From the NCBI GenBank assembly GCA_965207455.1, contig CBDBMJ010000001.1:608001-672000 (forward strand): 64,000 nucleotides of DNA, written 5' to 3'. Shown piece after piece: positions 1-9,732 of this stretch; the stretch's first letter is position 1; each line of letters opens with the position of its first letter. The notes beneath the pieces were generated by a model. That model was not told where the DNA came from, searched no databases, and worked only from the letters and a program-made list of their open reading frames with translations. Position numbers and translations under genes: made by a program. Source of the stretch: Bdellovibrionota bacterium (lineage in GTDB: Bacteria; Bdellovibrionota; UBA1018; CAIPTA01; JAALKR01).

Positions 1-300
1 GCACCACACCCATTAATCTCGTTAACTTACTTGAATGAAATAAAATGTTCAAATAAAATTGAAAATAGATCGACAGGATCAGGGATTTCTACGTCGTAAC
101 GGGTATTTTTATCTAAAGCTGAGGTTGGACTTCCATAACTGACTCACACGCCTTCAGGTTGCAGAAGAATTTCTAATTCTTTATATTCCTAATTTTATTA
201 CCTTATTTCCTTACCTTATTTCCTCTTTACTAAAGTAATTTTAAATTGTTCCGACAAGGTGTATACTGGACGACTTATTAAATTTAAAAAACAATAATAT

Positions 301-710
301 ACAATTGAAAGCGTGGCGGTTGATTCGGCGGCTGATTCGACGGAAAATCGAATTCCTATATCTTTCGTATCAACATGGAAGACAACTGCTCCCAATGAAA
401 GCATCACCTTGCCATTACGTTCTGGTTCCAATTATGATTTTATTGTTGATTGGGGAGGATGAATGGGATGTTTCGCAGACTTAATTCTTTAACTTCTCTT
501 GATGTTTCACATTTTGATATTGCTCAAGTGAACGATATGTCTTATATATTTGCCTACAACGATAAATTAGCTTCTCTTGATGTCGAAGGGTGGGATATCA
601 GAAATGTAAAAGCTAGGAGTAGCGCTTTCGCTTCCACAAACAGTCGTTTAAAAGTACACTGCCTTCCAGTAGGGTCGAAATTCTTTAATAAAACTTGTAG
701 CGCTAAATAG
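301..710 (+). pseudogene. BspA-like/DUF285 surface protein remnant with internal deletion and frameshift
   Basis: Frame from 301 reads ...FVSTWKTTAPNESITLPLRSGSNYDFIVDWGG* (typical DUF285-protein N-terminal domain); it joins out of frame to DUF285 repeats MNGMF..LTSLDVSHFD..VNDMSYIF..LDVEGWD (459-710). Confidence 0.7.
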
Positions 711-801
711 AACACTTTCATGCATAAAAATAACGAATTCTATTTGCATTTCACGGTTAAATTGATTAAAATTGGAATAGGTTAATTTGTGGAACGAATA
801 G

Positions 802-3414
802 ATGAATGTAAGTCTTACGAAAGATAGGAATCATTTTCAATCAGGAGCTGCCCTTCTTATAGTGATGGCCTTGAGTGTATTGTTAGCCAGTATATCTCTT
901 ATTTCCACACAGAAATTTCAGTTTCACTTAGGGATGCAAAAAACAGTAGAAGCCCGTCATGCCATAAAAGTTATCCATGCGGATATTCGAGGTGTGCTGG
1001 GAGATAGGCAATCCTGCACAGAGACGATAAAAGAGGTTACCCTGTCTGAGATAGACGGCAGTCCTATTTTTTCTATTAAAGGGCCTAGTGGGCAGGAACT
1101 CTATAGAGTGAATGTGGAGATATCTGGTGGAACGAAAATCTCTAGAATGGAATTCTCTACATTCACGCCCATTGATTTCATTACTGGCACAGCAAAAATT
1201 TCTCTTTTTTTTCAACAAAGAGCTAGTGGTGGGATTGGATCAGCAAATACCCAATCCAAAAAAGACATTACACTCAAAATCGATCGCCCTCCTCTTGAAG
1301 CAAAGCAACTTGCTCTTGGAAAATTCCATACATGCGCACTATTTACGAATGAAAAGGTGAAGTGCTGGGGTGGTGGTAGAGGAGGGAATAATCAAGGGCA
1401 ATTGGGGTATGGGGATCGCAATCCCAGAGGATATATTATCGATGAGTTAGGGGAAAATCTTCCCTTTGTAGATTTAGGTTCTGATGCCTCTGGTTCCTAT
1501 AAAGCAACAGCTATTTCTTCTGGTAATCAATACACCTGTGCAATTTTAAATGTGCAAGGAAAGGGAAGGGTGAAGTGCTGGGGGAGTAATTCAAGCGGTC
1601 AGTTAGGTCAGGGCGATCATAATTCAAGGGGAGATGGAACTTCAGAGATGGGAAATAATCTTCCTTTTGTAGATTTGGGAGGCACTAGTGCAGGTGAATT
1701 TTATGCAGTACTGGGTATTGCTAGTGGAGATAGTCACAGTTGTGCAATTTTAGATAGAGCAGGAAAAGGAGCATTGAAGTGCTGGGGGGATAATTCAGCA
1801 GGACAGCTTGGGTTAGGTCATACACGCAATATTGGTGATGATAGTGATGAAATGGGGGATTTCCTCAATTTTCTAGATTTGGGACAAGAAAATGGATTGG
1901 AACTAGAGGTTAGCGCTGTTGCCTTAGGATTAGAGCATAGCTGTGCTGTTTTTCAAAATAGGAAAACCAAATGTTGGGGATCCAACAATTCAGGTCAGCT
2001 TGGATTGACTAATCGTAGTGAGAGTAGAGGTGATGCCACAAGTGATATGTCCAACAACCTTCCCTTTCTGGATTTTGGAATGATAAACTCTATTCCACTA
2101 GGAACTCTAGCCATTAGTGCAAGAGGAAACAGCAACTGTGTTATTTTGGATTCCAATATTGGCAGTAGATTGAAGTGCTGGGGAAACAATTATAGGGGTA
2201 TGTTGGGGCTGGGATTATCCACTGCTTTCTTGGGTCATCGTACAGATCAGATGGGAAACGATCTCCCTTTTGTGGATTTGGGTACAGGTATAGAAGCTAA
2301 ATTCGTTAGTGTGGCTAAAGAATTTGTTTGTGTTACCTTAAGAAATGGTCGGGTGAAGTGTTGGGGGAGTGGTGTTAATGGTCAGCTTGGTTTGGATACA
2401 GGATCTGTTGTTGCTATCGGAGATAGTTCTAGCCACATGGGGGATAATTTAGGATTTATTGACTTAGGAACCGTTGATGGTACTGATACTGGTTCTCCCC
2501 ATCGAGTTAGTGCTGTTTATTCCGGTTTTTTTCATAGCTGCGCTATCATTTCAGGGGGGTTGAAGTGCTGGGGTTTAGGTGGCGACGCTGCACTTGGAAA
2601 CGGCAGTAACGAAGATATTGGCAATAATGCTGGAGAAATGGGTAATAATTTTGATCTAATGGCATTAGTGCGACAGCAGTTTTGTACAGCGATTTTTGCT
2701 AGTGACGGAGAAAATTGGGAATATGACCCCACAAACTCAGCAATTTTTTTAAGTGGCACGCAAAATGTGGGTATTGGTACGGATGATCCTCAAGAGAAGC
2801 TTCATGTGATTGGTATTATGAAGGTGATAGGAGAGGTTTCTGCTGGAAGCGTAGTTAGTGCTGGTCCCATAAAAATGCAGGACGAAAGGGAATTGAATTG
2901 CGACACTACAGAAGAGGGAACTCAGCGCTTTCGTAGAGATATAATGGAATTTTGTAATGGAAGCGAATGGAAAAGTATGGGTCAGTCGATCTGGGAGGAA
3001 AACACGAACCAAATATTTATAGCGGATACAGCTGGTGTGTTCAGAAATGTGGGAATAGGAACCAATAATCCTCAAGCCAGGTTTCATGTTCGAGGAAATA
3101 GTAAACTAGAAAATGGTCTATTTAAAATAGATGGCAATGCCAGTGACCCTAATTTCCCCAAGGCATTGGCCATTGGTGGTAATGTTGGGGTTGGAGCGGA
3201 CTTTGCGGGGGCAGAAAATACAGTCTATAAATTAAAAGTTGCAGACGGAAATTTTGTTGCCACAGGATCGGTGCAGGCGCATAGCATACAATTGGATTCT
3301 AGTGCTCCAGAGTGCACCCAAAACAAAGGCATAGAGACTATTTATTATAATGAAAGTGCTGCTAGCCTCCAGTACTGCGATGGAGAATCTTGGAGAAGTT
3401 TTGATTTGGAATAG
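802..3414 (+). CDS. Prepilin-like protein with inserted 7-repeat RCC1 propeller and C-terminal fibre-like repeats
   Basis: 870 aa; class III signal-like FQSG|AALLIVMALSVLL; seven C..KCWG..GQLG repeats of the EMGxNLPFVDLG type; two NVGIGTxxPxxxxHV repeats and two C-x(n)-FCNG/YCDG-xxW motifs. Confidence 0.85.
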   Translation: MNVSLTKDRNHFQSGAALLIVMALSVLLASISLISTQKFQFHLGMQKTVEARHAIKVIHADIRGVLGDRQSCTETIKEVTLSEIDGSPIFSIKGPSGQELYRVNVEISGGTKISRMEFSTFTPIDFITGTAKISLFFQQRASGGIGSANTQSKKDITLKIDRPPLEAKQLALGKFHTCALFTNEKVKCWGGGRGGNNQGQLGYGDRNPRGYIIDELGENLPFVDLGSDASGSYKATAISSGNQYTCAILNVQGKGRVKCWGSNSSGQLGQGDHNSRGDGTSEMGNNLPFVDLGGTSAGEFYAVLGIASGDSHSCAILDRAGKGALKCWGDNSAGQLGLGHTRNIGDDSDEMGDFLNFLDLGQENGLELEVSAVALGLEHSCAVFQNRKTKCWGSNNSGQLGLTNRSESRGDATSDMSNNLPFLDFGMINSIPLGTLAISARGNSNCVILDSNIGSRLKCWGNNYRGMLGLGLSTAFLGHRTDQMGNDLPFVDLGTGIEAKFVSVAKEFVCVTLRNGRVKCWGSGVNGQLGLDTGSVVAIGDSSSHMGDNLGFIDLGTVDGTDTGSPHRVSAVYSGFFHSCAIISGGLKCWGLGGDAALGNGSNEDIGNNAGEMGNNFDLMALVRQQFCTAIFASDGENWEYDPTNSAIFLSGTQNVGIGTDDPQEKLHVIGIMKVIGEVSAGSVVSAGPIKMQDERELNCDTTEEGTQRFRRDIMEFCNGSEWKSMGQSIWEENTNQIFIADTAGVFRNVGIGTNNPQARFHVRGNSKLENGLFKIDGNASDPNFPKALAIGGNVGVGADFAGAENTVYKLKVADGNFVATGSVQAHSIQLDSSAPECTQNKGIETIYYNESAASLQYCDGESWRSFDLE

Positions 3415-3658
3415 ATTTTTTACTCTTAATCCTTTTTTATTGTGATCACCAAGCGATTTTGTCGCATCATAATAACCAAGTAATGGGGTCAGGATTTTTA
3501 ATACTTTCTCAAATAATATCGGATATTTATGCAATAACGCTGAAAATTGGGGTGTCAAAGTATTTGAGCATAAGTTGCAGATTTTCGAAAATGACGCATT
3601 TTGAAAAACAGCTTGAAAAGGACACTTCAGTCATGTTATAGTAGTCATATAGGAGAGA

Positions 3659-3923
3659 TTGATGTCGATACCTAATGTAGAGAAAAGCGGTGAATTACCT
3701 GCTGGGGTTCATGCTGCTACCATTAAAGAAATTGAGAAGAGATTTGGTCGATCCTCTGACAGAAGGAGGCTTTTAATGACTGGACTCAAGAAAGCAATTG
3801 ATGAGTTTAAAAAAGTGAATGTAAAGAAGATCTATGTTGATGGATGTTGGGTATCAGAGGGAGTTAAAGAAGAAGACCTATACAGATGCTGATTCTAAGG
3901 GAATCATCAGAATTGATATTTAA
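3659..3923 (+). pseudogene. DUF6932-like nucleotidyltransferase toxin, internally deleted
   Basis: N-terminus IPNVEKSGELPAGVHAATIKEIEKRFG..RRRLL..KIYVDG; the expected GSF..D.D segment is missing; the family-like C-terminus DSKGIIRIDI* lies in another frame ending at 3923. Confidence 0.65.
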
Positions 3924-3939
3924 AAGAAAGGGTTTTGTT

Positions 3940-4359
3940 ATGATTACAAGCAAAAGACAATTAAATGCATCTAAAAAGAAGATTGAGTTTTTAAGAAAGT
4001 CAAGTAAGGCAATGAAAAAGAAATCAAGAGGTGTTCTTGCAAAATCTTCTCTTATTCAAACTGAGACCATGATTCAAGAGCTTGAAAATAAGGTTCTGGA
4101 ATATGAAACTCTTTATAGCAAAGGACTTGAAGCTATTGAGATTGAAATGCTAGAAGATATTATGCTTTTACCGATTAAGTACAGAATCGCAAAACATTTG
4201 TCTAAAGAAGATTTTGCTCGTAAAGTAGATGTACCAGTTAGAATGATTTCAAGATATGAGACAGAGGGATATACTAATATCAGAGGAGTGACTTTTAAAA
4301 AGATTTTACATAATCTTCCTCTACTGTTGAACGTAAAGAAGCGTAATAAAATTGGATAA
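3940..4359 (+). CDS. XRE-family HTH protein (probable antitoxin partner)
   Basis: MITSKRQL.. N-terminus; YRIAKHLSKEDFARKVDVPVRMISRYETEGY HTH; directly follows the toxin remnant; start refined to ATG 3940. Confidence 0.75.
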   Translation: MITSKRQLNASKKKIEFLRKSSKAMKKKSRGVLAKSSLIQTETMIQELENKVLEYETLYSKGLEAIEIEMLEDIMLLPIKYRIAKHLSKEDFARKVDVPVRMISRYETEGYTNIRGVTFKKILHNLPLLLNVKKRNKIG

Positions 4360-4555
4360 GACGAAAACTGTGGTACTCCAGATAAGTTGCGGTAGTTACA
4401 CAATTTGCGGTAGTTAGGATAAGTATTGACAAGTCGCGTCTCTCCAAAATAATGCTCTGCATTGTGTTATTTGATGCTAGTCCTCTCTTCTAGTTGATAG
4501 AAAAATAATGTTACAATAAGGAGGGTTATGGTTTATCTCCAGAAAGGGAGAATCG

Positions 4556-7261
4556 GTGATTTGTACTAAATCGGGTATTTCTAGGCTTTTTATTTTTCTG
4601 TTCTTATGTAGCAAGACACATGCAAGGAGCACCAATCAATCGGGTGTAACCCTAGTGAGTGTAATGATAGCCACTGCTTTACTTGGTATGCTTGTTTTGC
4701 TTGCTGTCCAAGTCCAAGTTAATTTAATCGGTGGTCAAGAAATAGCAGATAATCGATATGCTTTAAATACTATTCATTCCCATATTCGCCAACTATTATC
4801 TCATACAAGAGCTTGCGAACAAACATTCCAGGGCAAAATCGTTACTACTAATGTAGGAACTTTTCTCAGCATACCTGATATAAAAGATAAAACAGGCGCA
4901 GTGGCCTATGCAATAGATACTCTTTATGAATACAATAAGGTGGAAATTTCAAAAATAGATCTTTCTCCCTTTGTTCCTAGTAGTTCCGATCCCTATGATG
5001 GTAGGGCCGATCTATATTTTCATTTTAAACCGTCACAAAATTTTAATGCTATTCCTATGAAACCGAGAAAAGTTCCTTTAAGGATTCAAATTGATTTAAA
5101 TGGCAACAATTCTATTATTAGTTGTAGTACTATATCTTCCAATAGAGGTGGCCATTCTTGGAAAATAAATAACAATAATGTTTACTTTGATGGTGATTAC
5201 GTTGGTATTGGTACAGATGAACCAAGATCTATATTAGATGTATTAGGAGACACTAAGATCGCAGGAAAATTAGAGGCAGAGGAGTTATACAATATAAAAA
5301 AAATGCAAATTGGTTATTTGGATGACTGTACTAATGGAGCTCAAAGATACAATATCACCAGCAAGGTTATGGAATTTTGTAATGGTAGTGTTTGGGTATC
5401 TATGGGAGGTCTTTGGTCCCAAGCAAGCAATGGAAGTGTTTATTATAATGGTGGAAAAAATATTGGTATTGGTATAGTAACACCTGGAGAAAAATTCCAT
5501 CTGTACGGCAAAGCAAATTTCATAGGTTATATGCAGATAGATAATCCATCCAGCCAAGCGCTAGCTTTGCAAGGAAAAATTGCCATTGGGAAAAGTTGGG
5601 ACTCTGCTTCTCGAACTCTAGCTCCAGGCGATCAGCTTGGCGTGGAAGGTGATGTGTTAATCGATGGTACTTTAGAAACGAAAATCCTAAATATGAAAAA
5701 AGGAACTCAGGAGTGCAATACCACCAATAGTGGAATAAGCAAATTTTCTGGTCCCAGTCAGTTTCATTACTGTGATGGAAGGAATTGGCAGCTTCTTCTG
5801 CCCAAGGATGATCGCAGTGTTGTGAATGAAGTGGAAAAAGAGAGATTAGAGGTGGATCAAGTGGTGGTGGGTACAAACCATACTTGCGCTCTTTTCAGCA
5901 GTGGTAAGGCAAAGTGTTGGGGAAAGAATAATTTTGGGCAGTTGGGTAATGGCACTACTAACGATAGTAATATACCCACTTATGTTCTCAATAGTCTAGA
6001 TAGTCAGCCACTAGAGAGTATTCTACAGATTGATACCAGCCATGAAACCACCTGTGTTCTTCTTAGTGATGGCAGTGTGAAATGTTGGGGGCATGGAAGG
6101 CGAGGTCAATTAGGTAATGGGCATTTTAGTGAGTTTGAGAGGTGGCCACAAACAGTTCGCACGATTGTCAGTGCCACTCAAATTTCTGTGGCATATGAAA
6201 GTGCTTGTGCACGATTGAACAATGGAGAGGCAAAGTGTTGGGGGTTAAATGATAAGGCTCAGTTGGGTAATGGGGAGACCACAAATAGTTCCACACCTGT
6301 TTTTGTTTCCGTTTCACCGGGAATGAATCGTCCAGATATTGTGAGCATATATGTGGGTAGGTACCAGACTTGTATTACTTTTTCCACTGGTGGGGAGAAG
6401 GAATTTGGATGTTGGGGTTGGCGTGGGCAAGCTGGAATTGGTGATGATGGGGCACAAATAGGAAATAAAATATGGGCACCTAAGGATGCTGTAGAATCTA
6501 TCCTTCGAGATGTGGAGTTTGCTGCCGTGGGAGAAAAGCATATTTGTGTGAAGCTAGAAGATACAAGTTCCCGATGCTGGGGAAAGAATGATAAAGGGCA
6601 GCTTGGTGATAATAGTACTTTAGCAAAAACGAAACCAACACTCGTCTACGGTTTAATCAATGTGGCAAAAATTGCTGTTCATAATGAATTTTCTTGTGCA
6701 GTCTTAATCGATCAATCGGTATTTTGTTGGGGAAATATACCGTCAGCCATTGAAATAAATACACCTGCTAGGATTGTAAATTTTGAGATTGCCAAAGATA
6801 TTTCTCTTGGTAAATATCATAACTGCATAGTGAAGGAAAATAAAACAATCCTATGCTGGTTACATGATCTTAGTACTGATCCCAGTAATGAGCCAATAGT
6901 TGTTGCCGAAGGGGTAGATGATTACTTTTCCAATCAAAATGAGTTACTTACCACATTTGATTATACTCCAGACTCGCCATCACAGGGATACAAACCCTGT
7001 AAAGGTAAAATAATATCTTCGGCAAACTCCAGTGCTCTCAACAATAAAACATCTTGTATGATGGGTGTTGGTTTTCATAATGAATCTAAAACTGGTGTTT
7101 GCACCCAAAACGAAACTTGTCGTATTGAAGTTATTGGACTCGATCGTAAAAGAGTTTGTGAATGGGGTAGGGGAATTTGCATATATAGTTGTAGCAATGG
7201 TACTTGGATTAAAACAACAAACGTTTGCGAAAAGGAAATATTAGAAATTTTGTCCTTATAG
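4556..7261 (+). CDS. Prepilin-like protein: pilin domain, fibre-like repeats, 7-repeat RCC1 propeller, Cys-rich C-terminal domain
   Basis: 901 aa; NQSG|VTLVSVMIATALLG; VGIGTDEP and IGIGIVTP repeats; MEFCNG and HYCDG motifs; seven CW-containing RCC1 repeats; GTG start with GGGAG RBS. Confidence 0.85.
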   Translation: MICTKSGISRLFIFLFLCSKTHARSTNQSGVTLVSVMIATALLGMLVLLAVQVQVNLIGGQEIADNRYALNTIHSHIRQLLSHTRACEQTFQGKIVTTNVGTFLSIPDIKDKTGAVAYAIDTLYEYNKVEISKIDLSPFVPSSSDPYDGRADLYFHFKPSQNFNAIPMKPRKVPLRIQIDLNGNNSIISCSTISSNRGGHSWKINNNNVYFDGDYVGIGTDEPRSILDVLGDTKIAGKLEAEELYNIKKMQIGYLDDCTNGAQRYNITSKVMEFCNGSVWVSMGGLWSQASNGSVYYNGGKNIGIGIVTPGEKFHLYGKANFIGYMQIDNPSSQALALQGKIAIGKSWDSASRTLAPGDQLGVEGDVLIDGTLETKILNMKKGTQECNTTNSGISKFSGPSQFHYCDGRNWQLLLPKDDRSVVNEVEKERLEVDQVVVGTNHTCALFSSGKAKCWGKNNFGQLGNGTTNDSNIPTYVLNSLDSQPLESILQIDTSHETTCVLLSDGSVKCWGHGRRGQLGNGHFSEFERWPQTVRTIVSATQISVAYESACARLNNGEAKCWGLNDKAQLGNGETTNSSTPVFVSVSPGMNRPDIVSIYVGRYQTCITFSTGGEKEFGCWGWRGQAGIGDDGAQIGNKIWAPKDAVESILRDVEFAAVGEKHICVKLEDTSSRCWGKNDKGQLGDNSTLAKTKPTLVYGLINVAKIAVHNEFSCAVLIDQSVFCWGNIPSAIEINTPARIVNFEIAKDISLGKYHNCIVKENKTILCWLHDLSTDPSNEPIVVAEGVDDYFSNQNELLTTFDYTPDSPSQGYKPCKGKIISSANSSALNNKTSCMMGVGFHNESKTGVCTQNETCRIEVIGLDRKRVCEWGRGICIYSCSNGTWIKTTNVCEKEILEILSL

Positions 7262-7293
7262 TAGAAAAATATGGATAAGCGAGGATTCTAATC

Positions 7294-9732
7294 ATGAATA
7301 AAATGAATCAGCAATCGGGTACTTCTTTGATCAGTGTGATGATAGCTGCAGTGATACTGGCGATAATTTCACTGTTTGCCATAAAGCTTCAAGAGAATAT
7401 ACTCAGTGGGCAAAAATATGTGGAGCGAAGATATTCCGTACAGGAAATCTTTGAGGATATTCGTACATTTATGGGTAATGCAAGAGTTTGTAGGAAAAGT
7501 TTGGAAGGCTTGAGACTGCCTACTGCCTCTGTTCCTCAAATAAAAGATGTTAATGGAGATATGGTATACGAAGAAAATGCTTTTTATGAAAATGGAAATA
7601 TTGAGCTTAGCTCTATAGCTCTTTCTAGACTCTACCCGGAGTTTCCTGGTTCCAATAATGGCTTAGCTGATTTAACATTAACATTTCTTCCAAGAGCAAA
7701 CGCTCTTGGGTCTGAATTTGTGGGCACCTTTCATCCTAGAATAATTCGTCTTTCTGTAGAATTAGACCCCAACAATGGAAATAGCATAAAAAACTGTATT
7801 AGCATTGCAGGGACAAACGATGCGAATTGGCAGTATGGAGCCAATGAAGATTTATACTATATGGGTAATTTTGTGGGGATAGGAACCAATGCCCCTCGTT
7901 CAAGATTGGACGTTCGAGGAAATATTCGAGTGGATGGAGCAATGGACGTTGATGAATTAGTTACGAATGGTGCTATGTATGTGGGATCTGCGGACGCACT
8001 TGTTTGTTCGAATACTACGGAAGGAACTCAGCGCCACAGAATCTTTAATGGTGAAAGTTCTATGCAGTTCTGTAGCAATGATAGTTGGAAAACTATGAAA
8101 GATATTTGGCAACAAGATGATTTGTTTATATATGCACCTCTTACTAGGAGTGTGGGTATTGGAGTTAATGCTCCCAATGTGAAATTAGATGTAAAAGGTA
8201 GTAGTCGGTTTCAGGGCACTGTAGCCATGATCGCGTCTCCGGGTTCTTCTTTGGGATTAGTGGTGCGGGGAAAGGTTCAAATTGCTCAATCCTCCTCCAG
8301 TGCCAATGCTATTTTAGACAGGGCATCAACAACTAGTAGTCTGGGCGTGAAAGGAAATGTGAAAATAGAAGAAGCCACTAGAGGAGTATTGTGGTTCAAA
8401 GAAAGAGCTACAAATGTACGCTGTGATAATTCTAAAAAAGGGACCATACGAAGTAAGAATAGAAAATTACAATACTGCAATGGAGGTGCTTGGAAAACAC
8501 TAAAAACAAAGAGAATGTTAATCATAGAGCAAATTGAGAGTGGTTTAAACTATTCTTGTGCAAGAGTTACTAGCCGTAATAGAACTACAGCAAAATGTTG
8601 GGGTTCTAATTTTTGGGGGCAGTTGGGCATAGGGAAATCTGGATTTTATAATCCTGTTCCTAATACAGTCTTGGAAAGGGGAATACCAGAGGATAGACTT
8701 TCCAGTTATCTTGATAATGTTACGGAAATTTCTTTAGGTTATAACCATACTTGCGCAATAGCAGGTACAGCTAAAAAAGTTTATTGTTGGGGGAGTAACG
8801 ATAAATATAAATTGGGGGCAGGGTTCAATGAAAGAAATAGTACGGGTGAGATTGAGTTTAAGGTTAATCCTGTTTTAGTATCAGGTGTAGCCTTTAACCG
8901 TGATGTGGATAAAATATCTGTAGGTCACAGTCATAGTTGTGCTGTGAAAAATAAGGAAGTTTATTGTTGGGGAGCCAATAATCATGGTCAGATCGGCAAT
9001 GGAACGGTTACTGAATTTGTGGAAGTTCCCACTAAGGCAACGGGCATTCATAATGCAATAGATGTATTTACTAGTGAGTCCTTTACTTGTGCAAGGTTAA
9101 GTGATGGTAGGGCAAAATGCTGGGGGTCGAATTGGTACGGTCAATTGGGTAATAATGATGACCAGTATTGGAAAAGAGGCAGCTCTATTCCCATTTCTGT
9201 AAAAAATCTTAGTGGTATAGAACAACTCACCTTGGGTTCACGCCATGCTTGCGCTCGATTAATAGACAAAACAATGTGGTGCTGGGGAGATGGAGAAAGT
9301 GGGCAATTGGGCAATGGTGTTCTCACTCTCAGCAATCTTCCCGTTCAGGTGCTTTTAGAAATAAGTCCTGTAAGTGTTTCTCTTTCTGGAGTTACCCATA
9401 TTTCCGCTGGTCATCAAACTTGCGCTGTTATAGGGGAGACAGGCATAGCTATGTGTTGGGGACTCAATCGACAAGGTGAGCTTGGCAATGGATCAAGAAC
9501 AATAAGCTCTCTTCCCAGCAAAGTAGCTGGTCTTACAAAGGTATCAAAAATTTCAGTGGGGTATCACCATACCTGTGCAATTTCTACTGAGACCGTTAGT
9601 GGTGAGGAGAAAGGAAACACAGTTGCTTGCTGGGGACTGAATACTCATGGTCAACTGGGAACGGGGTTGACCACTGTACGCAATAGCTTCTACCCCACAT
9701 CTGCCCTTCTTTTATTTAAATCTTCGCCATAA
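7294..9732 (+). CDS. Prepilin-like protein: pilin domain, fibre-like repeats, C-terminal 7-repeat RCC1 propeller
   Basis: 812 aa; QQSG|TSLISVMIAAVILA; VGIGTNAP and VGIGVNAP repeats; QFCSN and QYCNG motifs; seven CWG repeats. Confidence 0.85.
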   Translation: MNKMNQQSGTSLISVMIAAVILAIISLFAIKLQENILSGQKYVERRYSVQEIFEDIRTFMGNARVCRKSLEGLRLPTASVPQIKDVNGDMVYEENAFYENGNIELSSIALSRLYPEFPGSNNGLADLTLTFLPRANALGSEFVGTFHPRIIRLSVELDPNNGNSIKNCISIAGTNDANWQYGANEDLYYMGNFVGIGTNAPRSRLDVRGNIRVDGAMDVDELVTNGAMYVGSADALVCSNTTEGTQRHRIFNGESSMQFCSNDSWKTMKDIWQQDDLFIYAPLTRSVGIGVNAPNVKLDVKGSSRFQGTVAMIASPGSSLGLVVRGKVQIAQSSSSANAILDRASTTSSLGVKGNVKIEEATRGVLWFKERATNVRCDNSKKGTIRSKNRKLQYCNGGAWKTLKTKRMLIIEQIESGLNYSCARVTSRNRTTAKCWGSNFWGQLGIGKSGFYNPVPNTVLERGIPEDRLSSYLDNVTEISLGYNHTCAIAGTAKKVYCWGSNDKYKLGAGFNERNSTGEIEFKVNPVLVSGVAFNRDVDKISVGHSHSCAVKNKEVYCWGANNHGQIGNGTVTEFVEVPTKATGIHNAIDVFTSESFTCARLSDGRAKCWGSNWYGQLGNNDDQYWKRGSSIPISVKNLSGIEQLTLGSRHACARLIDKTMWCWGDGESGQLGNGVLTLSNLPVQVLLEISPVSVSLSGVTHISAGHQTCAVIGETGIAMCWGLNRQGELGNGSRTISSLPSKVAGLTKVSKISVGYHHTCAISTETVSGEEKGNTVACWGLNTHGQLGTGLTTVRNSFYPTSALLLFKSSP

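Noticed and set aside
60..225. Minus-strand PTSALDKNTRYDVEIP (Ig-like fragment?) and a 13-bp tandem duplication near 198-224
   Set aside because: Too short and too close to the window edge to support a call.
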